64,000 bases of DNA from Spirochaetales bacterium (GTDB lineage: Bacteria; Spirochaetota; Spirochaetia; JABEVK01), in contig JBAXAI010000015.1 in the NCBI GenBank assembly GCA_037142615.1, positions 1 to 64,000 on the forward strand. The letters run 5' to 3'. Position numbers and translations under genes: made by a program. Below, piece by piece: positions 58,428 through 64,000 of this stretch. The number at the start of each line of letters is the position of its first letter. Position 1 is the stretch's first letter. The notes beneath the pieces are model-generated. The model ran no database searches and was not told where the DNA came from. It saw only the letters and a program-made list of their open reading frames with translations.

Positions 58428-59034
58428 CCATGAGCGCTTCGACCTGCTGCTTGCCACGGACAGCATCGGCCAACCCGGGGTTTTGGCGAAGCGCCTCTCC
58501 AAAGGCCTTGAGCGACGAGGGGTAGTCCTTGGCGAGCATGCGGGCGTAACCCAGGCGGCTCCACCAGGCGGGAATCTGCGGGTTATGGTACACGGCGGTA
58601 GTCAGGGCGATGTCGGCCCGGTTGTACTGGCCCAACTGCAGGTAGATCTCGCCCATCAGGTTGTACACCCGCTCGATGCGGTCGCCGGTCGGCGCGAGAA
58701 CTGCGTACTGTTCAAACTGCTTGAGCGCCTCGAGCGACTTGCCCAGATAGAACAGCGACTCGCCGAGCACTTCAATGATGCGGAAGTCGAAGGCGTTGAG
58801 TTTTTGAGCCTGGAGCGCGGTGTTGACCGCTTCTTGATACTTTTCGAGCTTCTGCAACGACCAACACCACACCACGTACGAATCCATGTTGGACGGATTC
58901 TGCTTGAGTTCGGCTTGTGTGATGGTGATGGCCTCGTCGAACTTACCGGCCTTGTAGGACTCCAGGGCATCCTTGGTCTGAGCAAAGAGCCCGACGCCTG
59001 TCAGGAGCAACAGAAGAGCGAGGAATCGAGACAT
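58408..59034 (-). CDS. Exported tetratricopeptide repeat protein
   Basis: Signal peptide and about 5 TPR units; coupled to the bactofilin gene. Confidence 0.85.
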   Translation of the reverse strand: MSRFLALLLLLTGVGLFAQTKDALESYKAGKFDEAITITQAELKQNPSNMDSYVVWCWSLQKLEKYQEAVNTALQAQKLNAFDFRIIEVLGESLFYLGKSLEALKQFEQYAVLAPTGDRIERVYNLMGEIYLQLGQYNRADIALTTAVYHNPQIPAWWSRLGYARMLAKDYPSSLKAFGEALRQNPGLADAVRGKQQVEALMAKPTGQ

Positions 59035-59396
59035 TAAGAGTTCCCTTCTTGAAGCATGGTGCAAAGTCCGTTCAGGCGGGCGCCGGCTTCCATCACCACT
59101 TCGGGAGCCGTGATATCACCCTTGACGCGGGCCGTCGACGACAATTCGATTTTGTGGGTGGCGATGATGTTGCCCACCACCGTTCCTCGGGCATCGACGT
59201 AGCGGGCCTTGACCGATGCCTCGACGCGGGCGCCGACGCCAATCAAAAAGTCGCTGGTGGCATTGATGGAACCCCTGACGCTGCCGTTGAGCTTCAGCGG
59301 CTTGGAAAACTCCATTTCGCCCTCGAAGTCGAAATCGTCCCCGAGAGTGGTGTCGAGTTCGCGCTCATCGATTCCCCGGTGATGGATTTCGGACAT
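59034..59396 (-). CDS. Bactofilin (polymer-forming cytoskeletal protein)
   Basis: TTLGDDFDFEGEM...LNGSVRGSI...VKGDITAP...GARLNGLC beta-helix pattern; TTGACA-17-TAGGAT promoter upstream. Confidence 0.9.
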   Translation of the reverse strand: MSEIHHRGIDERELDTTLGDDFDFEGEMEFSKPLKLNGSVRGSINATSDFLIGVGARVEASVKARYVDARGTVVGNIIATHKIELSSTARVKGDITAPEVVMEAGARLNGLCTMLQEGNS

Positions 59397-59405
59397 GGCG
59401 CTATC

Positions 59406-60143
59406 CTACCTTCCGCCCCCGGTGGTGTCAAGGCGCTCCAAAGTACGCTCCAGCGAGAGTTTGAGGTCCTCTCGCATCGCTGAGGTGTACGGGTTGGAGT
59501 GCTGCATGTCGAGGAACAGCTGGAAGGGGTCGTTGCAGGTCTGCTGAATCAGATCGAGCAGCCTTTTGTAGCCTTGGGTAGCGATGGCATGGTCTTTCAG
59601 CCCCATGTCGGAAAGCACGCGGCCGATGAGGTGGGTGACGCCCTGGGTGTAGGCCGCCGCCTGATCGTGCTCGTCGGGCGTGAGCTCGAGCACCCGCATG
59701 CCCTGGGCGGCAAAATGGGCCTTCCACCACGCCAGCTCGGCCTCGGCGCCGCGCAGGTTGTGCAACACCAAGGGTAGCCCTTCCACGCCGCCGCGGGCGG
59801 AATCGGGGCCAAACATCGGGTGCGTCGCCAGCAGCTTGGCGTGAGCCGGCAGCAGCTCGAGCATCTGGCGCGAAGGTTGGAGCTTCACCGAGCAGGTGTC
59901 GGCGATCACCTGGCCGGGCCGCACGTAGGGGGCGATTTCGCGCAGCACCTCGGGAAGCGCCGAGATGGCCGGGCAAAGCCACACCACATCGGCCTCGAAG
60001 AGTTCGGCAAGACCCACGAGGCGCACCCGGTCACCGGCCTCGCGGCCTGCAGTTCTGGACCAAGCGGTGACCTTCAGTTGGCGGGAAAGGTGGTGGGCCC
60101 AAAACGAGCCGAAACGGCCCAACCCCAAGACGGCAACGTGCAT
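59406..60143 (-). CDS. tyrA: Prephenate/arogenate dehydrogenase
   Basis: GLGRFG, DTCSVK, THPMFGP, EHDQAAAYTQGVTH. Confidence 0.88.
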   Translation of the reverse strand: MHVAVLGLGRFGSFWAHHLSRQLKVTAWSRTAGREAGDRVRLVGLAELFEADVVWLCPAISALPEVLREIAPYVRPGQVIADTCSVKLQPSRQMLELLPAHAKLLATHPMFGPDSARGGVEGLPLVLHNLRGAEAELAWWKAHFAAQGMRVLELTPDEHDQAAAYTQGVTHLIGRVLSDMGLKDHAIATQGYKRLLDLIQQTCNDPFQLFLDMQHSNPYTSAMREDLKLSLERTLERLDTTGGGR

Positions 60144-60153
60144 AGCGGCCATT

Positions 60154-61725
60154 CTAGCGCCCGGAGTCGAGCATGCCAACTCCCCAGGCCTCAAGCCGGG
60201 TGCGGTGAAACGCCAGGCGCCCCTCCCAACCGGGAACCCCACCCCGTACCGGACGCCACGCCATTTCGGCAAATAATGCGAGCCGGGGGAAGAGCTTGCG
60301 GTCAACTTTTCCTGCGGTGACCCTTTCGGTAAACAGCGTGGCTTCGAGCCCGACGATGCGGGCTTTTTGGGCTGGAGTGGCCCCAGCGGGAGCGAGGGGG
60401 TTGGCCGCCACCGCTTCGAGCGGCACCAGGGGCATCCACGCCACCCGGTCCGAGTCCCAACCGAACTCCGGATAGTCGAAGTAGGAGTTCCACTTCCATG
60501 AGTTGATCACCGAATAGCCGGCCTTGAGCGCGGCCAGGCCCCGGGCCGGGTCGTCCCACCATTGCACCAGAGTTCCTACGGGCGGCTTGCCCGTGACGGT
60601 TTCGTCCCACCCGATAGGAATCTTCCCTAAGGTCAACGTCTGTTTGGCCAGGTCGTTCCAGAACGCGGCCAGGGCCGCTTCCGCCGTGGTGGCCTTCACC
60701 GTCTTCATCCACGCCAGCGACTGGGCGTTGCTCATCCAGGGCGTGCGGAAGACTTCGTCACCGCCCCAGTGGATCCAAGGGCCCGGGAACAGATCGACCA
60801 GAGTTCGTAACACGTCGGTGGTGAACTTGCGCACCTCCGGGCGGCCGATGCTGAGCACGCCATCGGCCACGTTCCAGTTGAGGGGCACCTCGCGGGGCTT
60901 TCCGGTGGCCGACAGTTCCGGGTACGCCGCCAACACCGCCGAAGCGTGGCCAGGAACGTCCACCTCGGGGATAATGGTGATCTGCCGCAAACGGGCAAAC
61001 TCTACCAAGGACCGGACTTCGCTGGTGGTGTAGTAGCCTCCCGTGACTTGGCCGTCGACCTCGGTGCGCCAGGCACCCACTTTGGTCAGCGCCGGCCAGC
61101 CGGGCACTTCCAGCCTCCAGCCCTGGTCGTCGGTGAGGTGCCAGTGGAACCGGTTGAGTTTGTGGAGGGCCATCAGCTCGAGGATTTCCTCCAGTTGGGC
61201 GATCGGCAGAAAGTGGCGGCTGGAATCGATCATCAGACCCCGCCAGGAGGCCGCCGGATAGTCCGAGAGCGTGCCACAGGCCAGGGTGGGCGGAGCACCC
61301 CATTCAGCGACAGGCGGCAACAACTGCTGCAAGGTGACCAGACCGTAGAAGAAGCCTTCGGGACTGTCGGCAACCAGCACGATGCCATCAGGCCTGACGG
61401 TCAATTCGTACCCCTCGCGAACCAAGGGCCCCAAGCGGGTCGTGTCGGAGAACCTGAACTCCAGCAAGGGACCAGGCAAGGAGTCCGTGGCCACGTGCCA
61501 ATCGATTCCGGCCTGGTCGGTCACCGCCGTGATCCGGCTGGCGAGATCACCTTTCCACGGTTCGGGAACGTTGCCCCAAACCACGCCCAGCCGGGTGGGT
61601 AGCTCCAGCACCCCCGGCTCGGTCAGGATGGCCCGGGGACGCGGAATCAAGTTCGCCTGACGCAATTCGGCGGTTTGGGACCACGCCGGAGCCAGGCTGA
61701 ACAGCGCGAGCAGCAGTCCGAGCAT
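60154..61725 (-). CDS. GH20 beta-N-acetylhexosaminidase
   Basis: WRGLMIDSSRHF, FHWHLTDDQGWR, PEVDVPGH, HWGGDE. Start codon uncertain. Confidence 0.9.
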   Translation of the reverse strand: MLGLLLALFSLAPAWSQTAELRQANLIPRPRAILTEPGVLELPTRLGVVWGNVPEPWKGDLASRITAVTDQAGIDWHVATDSLPGPLLEFRFSDTTRLGPLVREGYELTVRPDGIVLVADSPEGFFYGLVTLQQLLPPVAEWGAPPTLACGTLSDYPAASWRGLMIDSSRHFLPIAQLEEILELMALHKLNRFHWHLTDDQGWRLEVPGWPALTKVGAWRTEVDGQVTGGYYTTSEVRSLVEFARLRQITIIPEVDVPGHASAVLAAYPELSATGKPREVPLNWNVADGVLSIGRPEVRKFTTDVLRTLVDLFPGPWIHWGGDEVFRTPWMSNAQSLAWMKTVKATTAEAALAAFWNDLAKQTLTLGKIPIGWDETVTGKPPVGTLVQWWDDPARGLAALKAGYSVINSWKWNSYFDYPEFGWDSDRVAWMPLVPLEAVAANPLAPAGATPAQKARIVGLEATLFTERVTAGKVDRKLFPRLALFAEMAWRPVRGGVPGWEGRLAFHRTRLEAWGVGMLDSGR

Positions 61726-61786
61726 CCGGCCCGGTGTTCGTTTGGGTTGAGATGTGTTAAGATGAACGCCTGCAAGGAGCATCTTC

Positions 61787-62782
61787 ATGACCTTTACCGA
61801 ACGGATGAGAGCCCAAGCCAAAGCTCTCCAAAAACGCCTTGTCCTACCCGAAGGGACCGAACCCCGCACCATCCCCGCCGCCCGCCAACTGGTCGACCTG
61901 GGACTGGTGCGCGAAGTGACCCTTCTGGGCTCCCGCGCCGCCATCGAAGCCAAAGCCAAGGAGTTGGGCACAAGCCTGCAAGGCATCACCATCGTCGACC
62001 CGGCCTCCAGTCCCCTGCTGGGTGCGTATGCAGAAGAATACCACGAATTGCGAAAAGCCAAAGGGCTGAGCCTCGAAGATGCGCGCGCCAAAGTTCAGGA
62101 TCCCTTGTTTTGGGGCTCCATGATGGTGCGCAGAGCCGACGCCGACGCCATGGTGGCGGGGGCCGACAACAGCACCGCCAACGTCCTGACCGCCGCTTTC
62201 CAGATCATCAAGACGGCTCCCGGGGTCAAGTCGGCGTCCAGCTGCTTCGTCATGGAGCTTGCCGACAAGAAGTGGGGCCACGAGGGCATGATGCTCTTCG
62301 CTGACTGCGCCATCATTCCTGACCCGAACGCCGAACAGCTTTCCGAAATCGCCATCGCCTCGGCGACGAGCTTTCGTCAGTATATCGGAGCCGAACCCGT
62401 GGTCGCCATGCTCAGCTTCAGCACCAAGGGCTCTGCCAGCCACGCGGATGCCGACAAGGTCATCGAGGCCACGCGCCTGGTGAAAGAAAGGGCGCCTCAG
62501 TTGCAGGTGGACGGCGAACTGCAGGCCGACGCCGCGCTGGTCGACTCAGTGGGTAAAAAGAAGGCTCCCGGGTCTTCCGTCGCCGGCAGGGCCAACGTGC
62601 TGGTTTTCCCCGATCTGGGGGCCGGAAACATCGGCTACAAGCTGGTCCAGCGTCTCGCAGGGGCTCAGGCCTACGGTCCGTTCCTGCAGGGTCTTGCAAA
62701 ACCCTGCTCGGACCTCTCCCGGGGCTGCTCAGTCGACGACATCGTCAACACCTGCGCTGTTATCCTCTGCCAAGCGAAGTAA
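61787..62782 (+). CDS. pta: Phosphate acetyltransferase
   Basis: [44 protein letters not shown]. Confidence 0.96.
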   Translation: MTFTERMRAQAKALQKRLVLPEGTEPRTIPAARQLVDLGLVREVTLLGSRAAIEAKAKELGTSLQGITIVDPASSPLLGAYAEEYHELRKAKGLSLEDARAKVQDPLFWGSMMVRRADADAMVAGADNSTANVLTAAFQIIKTAPGVKSASSCFVMELADKKWGHEGMMLFADCAIIPDPNAEQLSEIAIASATSFRQYIGAEPVVAMLSFSTKGSASHADADKVIEATRLVKERAPQLQVDGELQADAALVDSVGKKKAPGSSVAGRANVLVFPDLGAGNIGYKLVQRLAGAQAYGPFLQGLAKPCSDLSRGCSVDDIVNTCAVILCQAK

Positions 62783-62783
62783 C

Positions 62784-63164
62784 GTGGAGAAGACCCGTAT
62801 CCTGCTGGTCGAGGACGAACCCATTCTCGCCGAACTGATGCGGGAGGATCTGGGTGAACTCGGCTACGAAGTTGTCGATGCCGTCGGAGACGGCGACATG
62901 GTTCTCCACGCATTTCTCAAGCACCGGCCAGCCGTCATCCTGATGGATATCAAGCTTCAGGGGTTTCGGGACGGCATTGACTCTGCGGCCCAGATTCGCG
63001 CCTTCTACGCGGTTCCCATTGTGTTCCTTTCGTCGTATTCCGAGGCCGAGATGGCCCCTCGGCTCGCAAAAATCAAAGGCTACCTGTACGTACAGAAGCC
63101 GTATGACGTGACCGAGTTGGACGGGGTCATTCGCTCCGTAACGGCAACCAAAACGTCACCCTAG
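62784..63164 (+). CDS. Stand-alone response regulator receiver
   Basis: LVEDE, LMDIKL, DGI, FLSSYS, KPY; GTG start 1 nt after the pta stop. Confidence 0.85.
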   Translation: MEKTRILLVEDEPILAELMREDLGELGYEVVDAVGDGDMVLHAFLKHRPAVILMDIKLQGFRDGIDSAAQIRAFYAVPIVFLSSYSEAEMAPRLAKIKGYLYVQKPYDVTELDGVIRSVTATKTSP

Positions 63165-64000
63165 TGCCTTTGCCGGGGTGACTTTTGATATCAAGGCCGC
63201 CGTCGTTGCGCTGGGCAAGGGTCTGCGCAAGGATGAGGCCCATGCCGTTCCCAGCCTCGCCTGCTGTGCCGGGTGTGCTGAGCTTGTTCTCGATGCGGAA
63301 CAACCGCTCGAGAGTCGCATCGTCCATGCCCACGCCCTCGTCAGCCACGGTCAGCTCGAAACTGTCGCGGGCACTGGCCGTCTCGATCGCGACGGTGGAA
63401 CGCGGCTGGCTGAACTTGATCGCATTGGTCACCAGATTCACCAGAATCAGCGTGACGCACTCCTCGTCGGCAAGAATGCGGACCGATGGCGCGGCCGGAT
63501 ACACCACGCGAATCGACTTGGCCGCAGCGAGGGTCGAAACCATCTTGGAGGTCTCCTCGAAAACGCGCGCAAGGTCGACACGGGTCCAGGAGGGCACCCA
63601 GTCGCGGAGTTGTGTCCGTGACCACCACAGCAGTTTCTCCAGGTAGTCGGTGGTGCGGTCGAGCGCCTGGGCAAGAGTCTCCACCTCGCGGTGCTTGGCC
63701 TCGAGTCCTGTCATCTTTCCCAGCAGGTGCTTGCGGGTGTAGCGCGCGGCCCCGCTGATCGGCCCACGAAGGTCATGGGCAATGATCGAGAAGAACAGGT
63801 CCTTGGTGCGGTTCTGTTCCCGGAGAATGTCGTTCTGACGGGAAATCTCCTTGTCCTTCTTCGACACGACCCGCGAGGAATGCTGCGATCCGAGCAGAAA
63901 GTACCCGAAGCTCGACATCGAAGCCAAAAAAAGCGCCCCGAGGTAAAACCAGGCGTTGTAGCCCCTCATCGTGAGCAAGCCCGTTTCGCCGGTTTCGGGA
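63127..64000 (-). CDS. Membrane sensor histidine kinase (5' end outside the window)
   Basis: IIAHDLRGP, NLVTNAIKFS, DEGVG, GNGMGL, GKGT. Confidence 0.9.
   Translation of the reverse strand, partial: PETGETGLLTMRGYNAWFYLGALFLASMSSFGYFLLGSQHSSRVVSKKDKEISRQNDILREQNRTKDLFFSIIAHDLRGPISGAARYTRKHLLGKMTGLEAKHREVETLAQALDRTTDYLEKLLWWSRTQLRDWVPSWTRVDLARVFEETSKMVSTLAAAKSIRVVYPAAPSVRILADEECVTLILVNLVTNAIKFSQPRSTVAIETASARDSFELTVADEGVGMDDATLERLFRIENKLSTPGTAGEAGNGMGLILAQTLAQRNDGGLDIKSHPGKGTRVTFWLPLRSE

Overview
GC-rich bacterial chromosome segment, very probably from a free-living Spirochaetota member. This is an inference from the def-fmt-PASTA-birA and yajC-secD-secF gene orders, stand-alone groEL and rpsD, the glyQS-type GlyRS and several spirochaete-style hypothetical proteins. 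It carries about 55 intact CDS (translation, secretion, chaperone, signalling, glycan degradation), four tRNAs (Lys, Glu x2, Val), several promoters, operators and terminators. I saw no CRISPR array, prophage, integrase or transposase. The main patterns beyond the gene list are: (1) at least six accessory genes (DinB, 7TM-DISM adenylate cyclase, GH4, AraC, GH29 fucosidase, MarR) are reduced to collinear fragments, apparently by internal deletions at short junctions that read sensibly in both frames, while all housekeeping genes are intact; (2) palindrome-based tandem repeats, one expanded in frame inside fmt; (3) a dozen genes with a -10 box 5-7 nt before the ATG and no Shine-Dalgarno, i.e. 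a likely leaderless architecture; (4) two unexplained structured elements behind groEL and rpsD; (5) uncharacterised envelope modules (lipoprotein plus FadL/TraF-like barrel; TPR lipoprotein plus membrane cyclase). All family calls come from motif recognition by eye, with no database searches.
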